Source of the DNA: Gavia stellata
Taxonomy: Eukaryota
Direction: 5' to 3'
DNA: 64,000 nt
Assembly (NCBI RefSeq): GCF_030936135.1
Contig: NC_082627.1
Coordinates: forward strand, 269,172 to 333,171
Part shown: positions 24,011 through 37,611 of the stretch, one piece after another
Numbering within the stretch: position 1 is the stretch's first letter
How the letters are laid out: each line of letters opens with the position of its first letter
Made by a program: the position numbers and the translations under genes
The notes under the pieces: model-generated
The model's input: only the letters and a program-made list of their open reading frames with translations
What the model was told of the DNA's origin: nothing
Databases searched by the model: none

Positions 24011-27000
24011 GTTTCATCGGTGGCAGGATCTGGTCCAGCTATGAGCATTCCCGCGATTACTTGATTACTTGTATATAATTATTACATGACTGGGGACTGA
24101 TCCCTTGTTAACGTGCCTGTAATGATACACTTGTAATCAAACTCCTAGAAGGTTTCTCCCTTTGCAGGGTGCTCTCAATATCTTCCACAGAAGAACTACA
24201 TCAACATTGAGAAGAGCTGCAGGGGCTTGAGCAAGACAGCTCTGTTAGCACTGTCCTGCCTGATGGCCTGGAGGCTGCAGATACTTGATTTTATACTGTT
24301 TAAGTGCTTGGGGACCTTTGCTCTTTCCTAGGCAACAGACCAGTTGAGCTGCTGAACTACATCCAGTCATCCTGGGCCACCTGTTTTCACTGGAGACAGC
24401 TGAAGGGTTCTGCCCAGACACCCTGGGCTCTTTCTCTTCCTGCCTAGCCACAGCAAAGGCTGCAGGCTTTGTTTTCAAGTCCTAGGCAATTCTTGCTGTA
24501 CAAAGGAAAGAAGTGAAGATGAGATTTTGCGAGAGTTTTTTCCTACGTGCAGGTAAGTTTAGAGACCTCAGAAAAGCTCTGTGGAAGGTAAGCTTTTCCT
24601 TTCTTCAGGGGGTCTGTGTTTCCAAAGGCAATTATTAGAGGACATGTTTCCAAAGGCAAAATGAAAGGATGATAGAACTAATTTTTGCTGGTCTGCCATG
24701 ACCAAGCAAGCTACATGGGCTGGATGTAATCTACAGCAATGCCTGTGGTCGTTAGAGACCTTGTCTCACCTTCAGCAGCTGTGGTCATGCAAAAGTGAAG
24801 AAGATGTCTTTAGTCACACCAAGGATCAGTCTAATCTTTCAGACCACCGTGCTTTAGTGTCCTTCTGTGTTGAAGACACAGGGTGATCTCAGTGCTCTCT
24901 GAAGCCATTCCTTCTTGGGCCTGCCTGGGATACTAGGGCAGGGAGTTCAGCAATGTCTCTGATGCCTCTGAGTCCTGGTGGTATAAGAACTGGTGATTTC
25001 TCACCATGCTGTCAGATGCTGCCCACCACTTCAGACACCTCTGTCACCTCTGTGCTGGCTTCAGGCATCTCTTTCAAAGACAGAGGGCTCAAGTGTAGTT
25101 AGTATCTCCCGCCTGGAAGCTGGCCCCATCCCTTTGATCCCCACCCGCATTCCCTTGTCCCTAATGCTCTTAGTTCTGCTTCTGTAGGTCTATAGTCTCA
25201 TTTTTCTGCTACTGTCATCACAAACAACATCATTTTTTGGCCGTGAGGTAAACCCAGAGAGTGGTCTGCAATGCCTTAACTCAAAGCAGTCCTGGGGCTC
25301 GGGGCTGCATGGCTGCTTTGTTTGAGACATGCAGTGTTACATCTCATTCAGTAGCCTTTGCTGTGCCACTTCTACTCATCACAGAGTTTTGTTCCAGTGT
25401 TAGAGAGAGGTCTTCTCTGAGCAGTGGAGAGGCTGGCTGCTGTTATGAGCAATGATGGCACCATCTCCTGTCTCTTTGTTGCTGTTGCAGAGTCCAGACA
25501 TGGGGGAAATTCATCATACCAAACAGAGAAACTGCAGATCCTCACACCCCTCCTGACTATGTCACTGCATTACCAACATGAGCACCTCTGCTTCTCTAGA
25601 CCCATGCCAGCTGAGCTGGCCTCTCCTCTGCTCAGGTGTGCTTCAGGATTCACTCTGTCCAAGACTGCACTCCATGCTTGCCCCTTTTCCTCTGGGAGAA
25701 GGGTGTCCTCCTGTGGCATGTCGGAGCAGCCAAAAGGTGACCTGGCTGTAATGGGGGAAATGTCTGCTAGCCTGGGAACTCCCAGCCTGGGAATCCAGAG
25801 CATCCTTGGCAAGTACATGTGGGAGCCCAGGATGCCCTTGAATAGAACGAAGCAAAGAAATGCTCTAACCTGCAGAATGAAGAAAATGCACTAACGAGTA
25901 AGTAATTAATCATAAAACCATATATATACGCTTGGTTTTTTTGGTAGTAATTTTGTAGTAACTTGTAATGTGCAGTTGCTTTACTAATCCTAAATATGGT
26001 AGCCTGTCTAATAGTAATTTCTAGTAATCTGTAATAAAGAAATTTGTGGAAGCAAAGCCTTTGTGTCCCCCAGACTAGAGGCAGTACTCTGATATTGGTA
26101 AAATCACTGCCCTTCACAAGGTTAGAAAAGGGAGACCGTCCTTTTGTTTTCTGAGTGCTTCCTTGACTCTACAGCCATAGGTCACATTGCTCCCTCATTT
26201 GCCACAGCATCACACAGAGAGATCATGCTGAATTATTTATCCGTAATATTTTTCATATGAAGTGTCTCCTGGATGTAGCCTCTTCTTTCTGCTCCTACCC
26301 CTTCATGTGGGCACCACCTGTATTATTTGTTACTATGTATATAATTTTGCATTAAAATACATCTTTTAATTTAATAGGGGTAATTTACCTATTAGTCTAA
26401 ATGGTTCCTTGACCTGGATAATTTAGCTCTCCACCAAGTTTTGCAAATGATTTTGAAGTTATTTTATATTTACTTTCGACTGCTGAAGGAATGCTAAAAA
26501 TGTTAGATCTATTATTTACCACTTGAAGATTCTGCTGGAAAACACCTCCAGTGAGCACTAATTTTGAGATCTTTCAACTAACGAGCTCTTAATTGTTTTC
26601 ACATGTGCTTTAGGAATATAACACTATTCATATCCCTATCATGATGTTGAAGGGAATTATACTATATATATTGAACTACCTTTATTCACCAAACTTGCAC
26701 TCTCAAATACTGAAACTAAGTTTACACCAAAAGACAGACTTTACAAATAGCACATTTTACATTCTTTGGTTCTTTATCAGTTTGGGCTGGCATTTACAAA
26801 TAGCGCATTTTACATTCTTTGGTTCTTTATCAGTTTGGGCTGGCATTTTTTTCCCCCCCCATTTTGTTAATTTCTGGTGTTTTACTAGAAGCCTGTCAGA
26901 TTAACCGGTTTACAGGAGGAGGTCATCTTGCTTGCCTTTCCTAAAAAAAGGCACAACAGCTTTGTGAAACTACCTCAGTATATCTATTTCAGTAGATATA

Positions 27001-30000
27001 TTAAGAATTTAAAAATATAAATATATTTTCAGACAATTCTTTTAGGGAAAGTGTGTGGTGCTCAGGGTTCACTCAGTATTTAACATCATTTTGAGCGATC
27101 TCGTGTGATTTCTGCCTTTCTCCAAACCAAGGAGAACAGGAGTTCCATTCCTGTTTAAGAAATGTTATCCCTGAAAGCAGAGTTCCCAAGCCTGCACAGT
27201 TATCTAGATCTACTGATTTAAAAAGTTGAATCCCTAGCAGATGCTGCCTACTATCTGCCATTACTAATGGACTAGAAAGTGCTTCATTTATCAATCACAT
27301 TATCAGACTTGCCTACATAATTTCACAGCTTTCCAAATACAAACCAAGATTTCTTGTTAGTAAATAGCTATGCCTTTTTGACATTGTTATTCAAAGGTTT
27401 GTCACCTCCATCTGCGTGTCTGGCTTTTGACCCAGTAGGAATTTTTATGTTCCCAAGAGAGTTAAACAAACCCAAACAACAAACAAACCCACCCCCTATT
27501 ATTTTATTGGTTTGTGTTAAGAGCCAGGGATTTCTTTCCTGCTATCTCCAGCTCTTCTTGTCAATTTTGTACTGTTTCAAACTTCTAATTTTTACTGACT
27601 GCTATTTTCTTATCTTCTCTTTCCTCTCTAATAGATATTCGTTGCCTTAATTTCACCACTTGTGTTGTTCAGTGGATTGAGCTATATAGAGAAGGAATGG
27701 GCAGGCTTAACCAAGATCACCAAGAGGAGGAATGCCCATTCAAAAACACAGGTCTTGAATCTGAATTTAGTACTTCAGAAGAAGACTTCACCTCTGTATG
27801 AAGAGATTTGACATCTACTAGTGACAAATATGATGCAAGAAGGAAGTATTCCTACTCTGGTTTACCTAAAGAACTCATTCTGTACTGTGGTGTCATGACC
27901 TCCCAAACATTCTCAATTTTCATTCGTATTCTCATGTCATTTCTTCCTCTCTCGATTTTACTCACAAAGGTCATCTTAGCTTTGAAATATCACAGTTCTT
28001 GAAAACCAGCCCTCTTATGATACTTATTGCAGGCATTCTCCAGCATAGACCTGTAAATAGAGGTCCATATTTATAATAAGTAGATGCTTGAGAAGGGTAG
28101 CTTATCCTGTTCTCTAGCTTGATTTGACCAGTATACAAGAGACCCTGAGCTGTGCTGGTTAGCACATTGATCTGCATGCATTCATCATCTAGCACTTCTG
28201 AGTTTTGGGCAACTTTAAATGATTTCTTTAACAGAGAAGGTTTCTTTCTCATGCAAACAAACTTAGGTATTCTAAATGGCTGAATGAGCTAAAGCAGTTT
28301 GTAATAGTCTGGTCATGTGAATCACCCCAATCACTATCTTTGATAATGCCAGCTATATATAGTGTTTCTTACCACTGAGAATTTCTACTTACTTATGTTT
28401 TTAAACATTTAACCTTGATAACAAAGTAAATGAAAAACTGTCTTTCTTCACAATTTTGTAAATTTGCATTTATACAGGATTAGTTTATTTCATATTCTCT
28501 GGGATGCTTCTGCTTACTTCTTGCTGAGAAGATCAGTGCTTTCCTACGAGAACCAGCTGGCCTCCTCACTCAGCTGTTTTACCTGTGAAAGCGCCGTATG
28601 CCCGACACACACCCTCATCATGCACACAACAGTTCACCTCCTGTATTTTCTTGTTTATGAAACCATAAGGAGATCTGCAAAGACAATTTGTACTTTCTCC
28701 TACTCAGTTGGCTTCTGAGCTCACATTGGAATAATCTTAACTATGCAGTTTCATGGGGTTCCGTATCTTAGTTATAATAGACGTCCTATGTACAGTTCTG
28801 TAAAATGATTTTATACTTCTGACCAATCTTGTTGTTATGATATCCATTACATGAATGTAGAACACTTTGTGATTTCTGTTTAAAAGAAAAATATTTTTTC
28901 TCACTCTGTAGTACAGAATTGCTGATGAGAATTGCTTCTATAACATGCTTGAATAACCTCCCTTAGTACCTGCTCCTTCATGCCAAATAAAAGTTCACTA
29001 AATATGTTCCCTGTAGCTTTATGTTTCATCCTTCCAAAACAGCACACTATATGACTCATCAAATCTATAATAAAAATGTCGAATTCCTAGCTAGATAGAA
29101 AGCCTCCTACTTCTCCTTAGTGGTTAGTTATCAAATCACTGATCTACTTAATTTTCTTTGCAGTGTTTCTGGCAGGGAACTCAAACGACGTCAGCTCAAG
29201 AAAAACTTTATTGTCTCGAAGACTGTGTTGATATTTTCATTCCAGATTACTAATCCTCTCCTTCACAGTTATCAGATTATACTTAATGCTTCTGCAATCT
29301 CTTATTTTTTCACTTTGATGTATTTTAAGGATGAGGGCTTCATCAATGATTAGGCTAGTGGCTGTGTCCTTACAGACAGGGAGATCAAGACGTGGAGTGG
29401 GAAGCAGAATAGAAAACATGAAGTCTGCAAGGCATTTTAGCCATTTCACTTCATTACTTATTATTTAGTTCTGTTGCCTGCTGCAAAACCATCTGTTAGT
29501 GGAAGGAGCTCTGCCCTGTTTCTCCAAATTTGCTCAAAATCCCTTGTTTACCATTCTGTTCAAGTAGTGTCCTGGGACTAGTACACGTAAAGTCGATTGT
29601 CTTCTTACCTGTCTGCATGGGCAAAGTAAAAAATTACCTTCTTCCTCTGTTTTTTCACTGAACATATTTGATGAAACAAAAGAGCTACAACTATTTGTCA
29701 CTTCAGGAAATAATTCAGAATGTTTTTTTAGATACTCATGTCACCTGAACCAGTTAGGGACAGAGAGTGTTCATGTTCAAGCTTTACATTATTGCACATT
29801 TTAACTTTACAGTACCTTGAACCAAACTTGCCTTAATGTTGAAGAAATGAGTTAAGTCCTACCCTAATATTTTAATTTTCTTGAATAATGCTGTTTGATA
29901 TTTATAAGCTTATTGATCAAAAAAAGCAAATAGTGCATAATAATTTTCTCCATAAAACTCAGCACTGTAAAGCATTATTACAACAAGTATAATATTATAT

Positions 30001-30481
30001 AATTTTACTGACTTGCGGAATTCATATTTCATTAGACAAAAGCTTTACCAGTCGCAGCTGTTCTAAAGTTGTCATTGTTTTTACACTTGAAACTAGTATC
30101 TTTAATACTCAAACTTTAATACCTTCTAGTATAAAGTACCAACTTGTTTTACAGTTAAATACTTAATACTTAATTTCTGACTACCTGCAAATAAGGGGCT
30201 TATAAACAGAAATGCTATATCTCTGTCAGCTTTTTAATGATGTAGAAAGAACGGTATTATTTGTTTATTGAGAGCTTGCTTGCTGTTAGTATTATTAATA
30301 AATAGGTAGATAAAGAGGGGGAAAGCAGGCAAATGTAACCCTCAGCCAGGCAATATGTAAAAGTATTGCCAAATATTTGCAGTGAAATTACAGGGATCTG
30401 GGGAGCAATCAAAGACAGTAGGTTAAATATTGTGTTGTAAAAGTTTTTTTACAGCCCCAGTGCTGTGATGGCTGTGTCACA

Positions 30482-30600
30482 GTGGGCAGGAGGGCAGCGG
30501 TCGCTGTGTGCCACTGGTGTCACAGCAGGCAGGAGGGCAGCAGTGGCTGCATCCCTGTGGTGTCACAGCGGGCAGGAGGGCAGTGGTGGCTGTGTGCTGA
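30482..30600. repeat. About 40-bp tandem repeat, 3 copies (gtgtcacagYgggcaggagggcagYggtSgctg...)
   Basis: Direct reading of three consecutive similar units. Confidence 0.7.
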
Positions 30601-31099
30601 GGAAGGGGTGACCTCTGCATCCTGGGGCTGTGGTCCCATGCTGGAGGCTCACTTCTTTCTGCTCCCCTTCAGGGCTGATGGAGCACTATCCAGAGGAGAC
30701 ACCTCAGAGGTCATGGACAAGGTTTTGGGAGTGCTCGCCATCATCCATGGCTGCACCCACCATGAAGATGAAGCCCCCACTGCAGAGGAGGAGGGTGAGA
30801 ACTGAGCAAGCCCCTGACATGGGGGCATCATTGGGGTGTTGGGGTGCTCTGCATGCATCTGTGAGTAGTGGCAGGGGGAGCCAGGACCCCCTTTGGCCCC
30901 AAGGAAGGGCCTGTCCTCCCCTCAGCCAGGGGCCTGGGCTCGAGGCAAGTGACTGCCTGAGAGCATGGGGGCAGTGGGGGACAGGGCAAAAGGTCCCAGG
31001 AGAGGAGAGGGGAAGGCAAGGGCAGGGTGGGGAGGGGGCCGCTGAGGCCAAGGAGGAAGCTGCCCTTTGGGTCAGTGGGGTACTGTTAGGAGCCAAGCA

Positions 31100-33480
31100 G
31101 GAGCTGAGCAGCCACCTTAACAGGGGTGGTGGCTGAGTAGCCCCTGAGCAGGGGCTGGAGCTGAGGAGCCACCCCACAAAGGGCTGGAGTGAAGCTTAAG
31201 CCAGACACAAGTTGAAGCATGAGGAAGAGCTAGCAATGAGGAGCTGTCAAACAGTGCTTGGAGCTGAGAAACCCCCAGAAAGAGAGAAATAGCTGCCTGA
31301 GCAGGGGCCAGAGCAAAGTATCTCCCTCAGCAGACCCTGTAGTGGGGTTGCAGGAGCCAGAAGTCAGTCAGAGCCTGAGTGGGGGGAAGATGTAAGTTGC
31401 CACCCAAGAGACATAAGACCCCACTGGACCCAAAAAAGAGCTGCAGCGAGTAGCAGCTGGAGCAGAAGCTGGAGGAGAGTGAAGCCAGAATAAGGGCCAG
31501 AGCCCAGAAACTGCCTGAGTAGGGAGCTGAAGATTACAGCAGCCTGAGAAAGGGCTGTGTAGGAACTGGAGGCTGAGCAGGGACCAAAGCTGAGTAAGAG
31601 CTTGAGTGGGGTCTGGAGTCAAGTTGGAACCCAAGTAGGTGTCTGGTCTGAGTAGCCACTTGAGCAGGGTCTAGATTTGAGTTGGAGATTAAGCAGTGGC
31701 CAGTGCTGGGTAAGAGTTTGAGCAGGGTCTGGATTTGAGTCGCAGCCTGAGCAGGGGCCAGATCTGAATAGTTGCTCGAACAGAGCCTGGAGCCAAATTT
31801 CAGCCTGAGGTGGGGCCAGAGCAAAGTAAGAGCTTGAGCAGGGGCTGGAGTTGATTTGGAACCTGTGCAGGCACTGGATTGAAGTACACACTCAAGCAGT
31901 GTCTGTAGCCAAGCTGGAGCCTGAGGTGGGGGCAGGGGTGAGTAAGAGCTTGAGCAGGTGCTGGAGTTGAGGTGGAGAATGAGCAGGAGCCGGATTTGAG
32001 TAGCTGCTTGAGCAGTGTCCAAAGCCAGGTTGGGGTGTGAGCAGGGGCTGGAGCTGACTAAGAGCTTGAGCAGAGGCTGGCTTTGAGTTAGGTCCTGAGA
32101 AGGTGCCAGATCTGAGTAGTCACTCAAGCAGGGTTCAGAGCCAAGTTTGAGTCTGAGCAGGAGCTGGAGCCAAATGAAGCCTGGGCAGGGGCTTGAGCTG
32201 AGAGTGTGAGTAGGGGCTGGAGTCGAGTTGCAGCCTGAGCGGGTGCCAGATCTGAGTTGCCATTCAAGTAGGGACTGGAGCCAAGTTGGAGCCTGGGGTG
32301 GGGCCAGAACTTTGTAAGAACTTGAGCAAGGACTGGAGTTGAGTTGGAGCCTGAATAGATCCAGGTCTGAGTAGTCACTCGAGCAGGGACTGGGGCCTAG
32401 TTATCATCTGAGCAGAGGCTAGAGGTGAGTAAGAACTTGAAAAGGGGTTGGAATCGAGTTGGAGTCTGAGAAGGTGCCAGACCTTACTAGCCACTCAAGC
32501 AGAAGCAGAAGCCAAGTTTGAGTTTGAGCAGGCGCCAGAGCCAAGTTGGAGCCAGGGCAGGAGCTGGAGCTGAGTAAGATCGTGAGCAGGGGCTGGAATT
32601 GTGTTGGAGCTAGATGTGTGTAGCTGCTTGTGCAGGAACTGGAGCCAAGCTTGAGTCTGAGGTGGAGCTTGAACTGATCAAGAGCTAGAGTAGGGGTTGG
32701 AGTTGAGTTGGAACTTGAGCAGGTGCCAGATTTGAGTAGCCTCTTGTGCAGGGGCAGGAGCCAAGTTGGAGCCTGAGGAAGGGCTGGATCCAAGTTACAC
32801 CCTGAGCAAAGGCCAGAGCTGAGTAAGTACTTGAGCAGAGGCAAGGCGGGAGTTGAGTTGAGTCTGAGCAGGCACCAGATCTGAGTGTCCACTCAAGTAG
32901 GGGCCATAGCCAAGTTGGAGCCTGAGCAGGGGCTGGAGCCAAGTTGGAGTCTAGCATGGGCTGGAGCTCAATAAGAGCTTGAGCAGGGGCTGAGGTTTAG
33001 TTGGAGCCTGAGTAAGAGTCAGATCTGAGTAGCTGCATGAGGAGGGCCCAGAGCCAAGTTGGAGCCTGAGCAAGGGCTGGAGCTGAGTAAGAGTTGAGCA
33101 AGGGCTGGATTGAAGGTATAGGCCGTGCAGGTGCCATATCTGAGTAGCTGCAGGAACAGCATCTGGAGCCAGGTATGATCCTGAGGAGGTGCTGGAGCAG
33201 ACTAAGAGCTTGAGAAGAGGCTGAAGCTAATTTGGAGCCTGAGTAGAGGCCCAAGATGAGTAGGAGCTTGAGCAGGGACTGGAGCTGAGATGGACGCAAA
33301 GCAGGTGCCAGAACTAAGTAAATGCTTTTGCAGGGCCGAAGTCAGGTTGGAGCCTTAGCAGGGACCAGAGCTGAGTAAGAGCTTGAGCAGGGGTTGGAGT
33401 TGATTTGGAGTCTAAGCAGGAGCCACAGCGGAGTCACCACTTGAGCAGGGGCTGGATTAATTAGCCCCTGTAGTAGATCA
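31100..33480 (+). repeat. 29-bp satellite array, consensus about CCTGAGCAGGGGCTGGAGCYRAGTWRGAG, roughly 80 copies, degenerate at its 5' edge
   Basis: Consecutive 29-mers, e.g. cctgagcaggggctggagccaagttggag / cctgagcaagggctggagctgagtaagag. Spurious ORFs with an 87-bp (3 x 29) protein periodicity (e.g. 31534..32127, 32419..32892) confirm a non-coding period-29 repeat. Confidence 0.9.
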
Positions 33481-33699
33481 CAGAGGAAAGTATCAGCCCC
33501 ATTAGGGACTATAATGGAGTTTCCATCCAAGCAGCAGCCTGATGTAGATATTTGCCTGAGCAGGATCAAAGCCCAGTGAATACCCAGACAGGCACTGGAG
33601 AAGATGTGGCACCCAGGAAGTGTCCAAGGCCCACACAGCCACTGCTTGGGCAGGTGCTTGGCTCCACATCATTCTTAAGGGTGACTGAGCTCTGGGCCT

Positions 33700-34560
33700 T
33701 GCTTCTTGGTTCCAGTTCCTTCTTGAGCAGCTACTCATATCCAGCTCAGGCTCCAACTTGTATCTATCTGGCCTCTGCTTGAGAGGTTACTCAGATCTGG
33801 CACCTGGTCAGGCTACAACTCAAATTTAGCCGCTGTTTAAGCTCTTATTCAGCTCTGGCTCAGGATGAGAATTCACTTAGCTCCAGCATCTCTTTGAGCA
33901 GCTACTCATATATGGAACTTGCTTGGCCTCCCAATGCACCCCGTCCCTGCTCAGGTTTTACTTAGCATTGGTCCCTGCCCAGGCTTCAACTTGGCTCTGA
34001 CCCCTGCTTGAGTGGCTACTCAGATCATATAACTGCTAAGCTCCAACTCAACTCTAGCAGCTGTTCAAACTCTTACTCAGCTCCGGCCCCTGCTCAACTC
34101 CAGCATGGCACTGGTTGCTAGGGATACAATTGGGCTCTAGTCCCTGCTCTAGGCTCCAGTTCAACTCTAGCAGATGCTCAAGCTCTTACTCAGCTCTGGC
34201 CCCTCCTCAGGCTCCAACTCGGCTTGGTTCTGGCCTCTGGTCAGGCTCCAACTTGGCTCTGGCCCCTTGTAAGAATCCATCATTGCTCCAGTCCCTGCTC
34301 AGGCTCCAACTCAACTCTACCCCCTGCTCAAGCTCTTACTAAGCTTGGGCACCTAATTAGGCTCCAACTTACATTTGGCCCCTGTGAAGGCTCCAACTTG
34401 GCTCCAGCCCCTGCTCAAGAGCTTACTCAGCTCTGGTTTCTGCTCAAGCTCCAACTGGGCTCTAGCCTTTACTTTGTCCAACTCAGCTCCATCCCCCGCT
34501 CACACTCATACTCAGCTGTGGCCCCTGTGTAGGATCCAGATTGTCCCTTTCTCTTCCTTA
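33700..34560 (-). repeat. The same 29-bp satellite in inverted orientation (about 28 copies), followed at 34590-34720 by a short forward-oriented block
   Basis: The plus strand here reads the reverse complement of the unit (ctgctcaggctccaactyrgctccagcccctgctcaagctcttactcag). The orientation switch occurs between about 33480 and 33700. Confidence 0.85.
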
Positions 34561-35163
34561 GGCTCTGTGCTCTTTTGAGCAAGTGCAGTAGCGCTGTGGA
34601 TGCCTAAGCAGGGACAGAGTTGAGGTGGAACCTGAGCAGGGGCCAGAGCTAAGTAAGGGCTTGAAGAGGGACTGGACTTTAGTTGGAATCCCAGTAGGTT
34701 CCAAACTTGAGTAACCTACTTGGGCAGATACTTGGCTCTTCATCTTACTGCAGGTACTTCTCAAATCCAGACCCTGCTCAAGACACTGCACCCATTTACA
34801 AAAAGGGCAAGAAGGAGCATCCGTGGAACTACAGGCAGGTTAGCCTTATCTCAGTCCCTTGGGAACTGATGGAGCAAAACCATTTGATTGATGCCTTTGC
34901 CCACATCCAGCAGCTGTTACTTTCTGAGGTGCTCTACAGTAGTTGAAGTATTGATATGCTGCTTGGAAACCTGACCTAGCACCTATGGGAGATCTTCTGG
35001 AGTGATCATGCCCTGGTAGAATTCAAAATGATGATGGTAGAAGCCGATCACATCTCAAAGAGCAGTCCTCACCAGGTCTGTGGTCAAAGAACAGGACCGG
35101 AAATGGCTGTTATAAGGGTTTGGGTCTGGAAGGAGTGTCCAGGGGCAATTTCTTCTGTCTGTT

Positions 35164-35758
35164 TGTCGTGGTTTAACCCCAGCCAGTGACTGAGCACCAC
35201 ACAGTTGCTTGCTCACTCCCTCCCAGTGGGATGGGGGAGAGAATCGAAAGAGTAAAAGTGAGAAAACTCGTGGGTTGAGATAAAGACAGTTCAATAGGTG
35301 AAGCAAAAGCTGCGCAGGCAAGCAAAGCAAAACAAGGAATTCATTCACTGCTTCCCATCGACAGCCAGGTGTTCAGCCATCTCCAGGAAAGCCGGGCTCC
35401 ATCACGCATAACGGTGACTTGGGAAGACAAACGCCATCACTCCAAACGTCTCCCCCTTCCTTCTTCTTCCCCCAGCTTTATATTGCTGAGCATGACATCA
35501 TATGGTTTGGAATATCCCTTTGGTCAGTTGGGGTCAGCTGTCCCAGCTGTGTCCCCTCCCAACTTCTTGTGCACCCCCAGCCTACTCGCTGGTGGGGCGG
35601 TGTGACAAGCAGAAAAGGCCTTGACTCTGTGTAAGCCCTGCTCAGCAGTAACTAAAACATCTCCGTATTATCAACAGTCTTTTCACACAAATCCAAAACG
35701 CAGCCCTATGCTAGCTACTATGAAGAAAATTATCTCTATCCCAGCCAAAACCAGCACA
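35164..35758 (+). mobile_element. LTR-like dispersed repeat, copy 1 (TGTCGTGGTTTAA...CAGCACA); probable solo LTR
   Basis: About 595 bp, near-identical to 46033-46652 and 56725-57344, with TG...CA termini. I saw no clean TSD for this copy. Confidence 0.7.
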
Positions 35759-36290
35759 GTCACGCAAATCTCCTAGTGGTCTTGGTTTTGTTTTTTTTTT
35801 TTATTTTTTTTATGTCGAATTTGTCAAGTATTGTACAACTCAATGCAAACATCATACCAGGGGAAGATTACTTTCAGGTCCTTTAATTTCCCTAAGTTGA
35901 TTCCATCCAAGGTCACTCTAGATAGTCACTGGGGTCTAGCAAATGATTTCTCAGCCTGAGGGTAGTCATCATCTCCTTGGATGTGTCCCCCTCTAATCCC
36001 GCTTGACTGCTTTGACTATTTTCCTTTAATGGTATTGGCAGCTTGGGTAGACACAGCTTCAACAAGCTATTTGCAGTCAACTCTCCAGGGGAACCAAAGA
36101 TGTTCTGAAGTATGAAGATATTTAGATGGAGCTATCAGAGATGACAGGAATGTCCCAGGAGACCTGTCCCCTTCCTGAGGAGGATCATAGCCAGGCAGGA
36201 CATCGATTTTGTCTGAGCTAATATGAGACAACCAAATACCTTGTTGGGACTTGTGGTGCTATTTAGGCATATTTCACATACTCTGCAGTA

Positions 36291-37229
36291 TCACTTTCTC
36301 AACAGGAGTCTCTTCAGGGCAAGTCTCACTTCCTTATTCTTTAGGCTATAGATGACAGGGTTAAGCATGGGGGTCACAATTGTGTAAGACAGGGCAAGGT
36401 ATTTGTCAGTATCTGCAGAGTCAGTTGACCGTCGTTTGAAGTACACAACCATGGCCGAGCCGTAGAAGAGAGTCACCACCCCAAGGTGTGAGGAGCAGGT
36501 GGAAAAGGCTTTGTGTCTGCCCAGAACTGAAGGCATTTTCAGCATAGCCCTGACAATTTGAGTGTAAGAAAAAACTATCAAGGAAAAGGGAAGGACTGCA
36601 AATACCAGGATAATGGTGTGTAGCATCACTTGATTCCAGAAAGTGTCTGCACAGGCCAGTTCCAACAGAGGGGGCACATCACAGAAGAAGTGATGAAGGT
36701 CACGGGATGCACAGAAGGGCAAAGTGAACACCTGGTAAGTCTGCCCTACTTGTACTGGTATGACAGCCACCCATGACCCCACTACTAGTCTGACACAGAG
36801 CCCCCCATTCATGATGAGGGTATAGTGCAGGGGGTCACAGATGGCTACATAGCGATCGTAGGCCGTGGCAGCCAGGAGAAGGCTTTCGGTGCTTCCCAGC
36901 AAAACCAGGAAATACAGCTGGGCAGCACAGCCAAGGAAAGAGATCCAGCCATCTTCCGTCAGGAAAGCCAGCAGCATTTTTGGCAGAGTGATTGATGTAT
37001 AGCAGATTTCCAGGAAGGATAAGTTCCTCAGGAAGAAATACATGGGGCTGTGGAGGCTTGGGTCTACCCCAGTGATGAGCACGATGAGGCCATTCCCTAC
37101 GAGGACCATGAGATAGATGAACAGGAAGACTGTGAAGTGCAAGTCTTGCAGGTTGGCATGGTCAGAAAATCCCAGAAGAAGAAATCCATGTCCGGCTGTG
37201 TGATTCTGCAAGCCTTGTCTTTGGGGCAT
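36291..37229 (-). CDS. Olfactory receptor (class A GPCR), intact single-exon gene, about 312 aa from Met24 of the track ORF
   Basis: ORF 36291..37298(-) reads MPQRQGLQNHTAGHGFLLLGFSD...PMYFFLRNLSFLEI...ATAYDRYVAICDPLHY...KAFSTCSSHLGVV...PMLNPVIYSLKNKEV. This is the full OR motif set: N-terminal NxT, MAYDRYVAIC, KAFSTC and NPxIYSLRN. The ORF track's first M is a GTG codon, so the likely true start is the ATG giving MPQRQG. Confidence 0.9.
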   Translation of the reverse strand: MPQRQGLQNHTAGHGFLLLGFSDHANLQDLHFTVFLFIYLMVLVGNGLIVLITGVDPSLHSPMYFFLRNLSFLEICYTSITLPKMLLAFLTEDGWISFLGCAAQLYFLVLLGSTESLLLAATAYDRYVAICDPLHYTLIMNGGLCVRLVVGSWVAVIPVQVGQTYQVFTLPFCASRDLHHFFCDVPPLLELACADTFWNQVMLHTIILVFAVLPFSLIVFSYTQIVRAMLKMPSVLGRHKAFSTCSSHLGVVTLFYGSAMVVYFKRRSTDSADTDKYLALSYTIVTPMLNPVIYSLKNKEVRLALKRLLLRK

Positions 37230-37549
37230 TTTCTGTCTACAGAGCAATCGAAACAACATGCTCACTGGACAATGGCAGTGGCCCATCCACCAGCACACAC
37301 CCCTCTAGCCCAGTGAAAGACTAAAGGCATCAGCACAGGTGTGACTGTGGTATTAGGAAAGCCCGAACAAGATCTGCATGGCGGTATGGGAGTCTAACAC
37401 CAGTTGCTTGTTGACAAAAGGCTTCTAAGAAGAAAAGAGAACAGAGCCCTTCAGTTGAAACGATGGGGTTTGGTTGTAAGGACCAGAACAATTTATTCTT
37501 CCTTCTTCAGAGGAGGCTTAATAAAAGCCAATGTCTCGTGATAGATGAG

Positions 37550-37611
37550 GGAAGGCAAGGCAAGGCAAGGCAAGGCAAGGCAAGGCAAGGCAAGGCAAGG
37601 GAAATGCAAGA
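37550..37611. repeat. (CAAGG)n pentanucleotide microsatellite, about 12 units
   Basis: Direct reading. Confidence 0.9.

Noticed and set aside
31368-34578. Numerous 75-197 aa ORFs with S/P/A/L-rich repetitive proteins
   Set aside because: These are artefacts of translating a 29-bp satellite, seen in all frames and on both strands with 87-bp periodicity.
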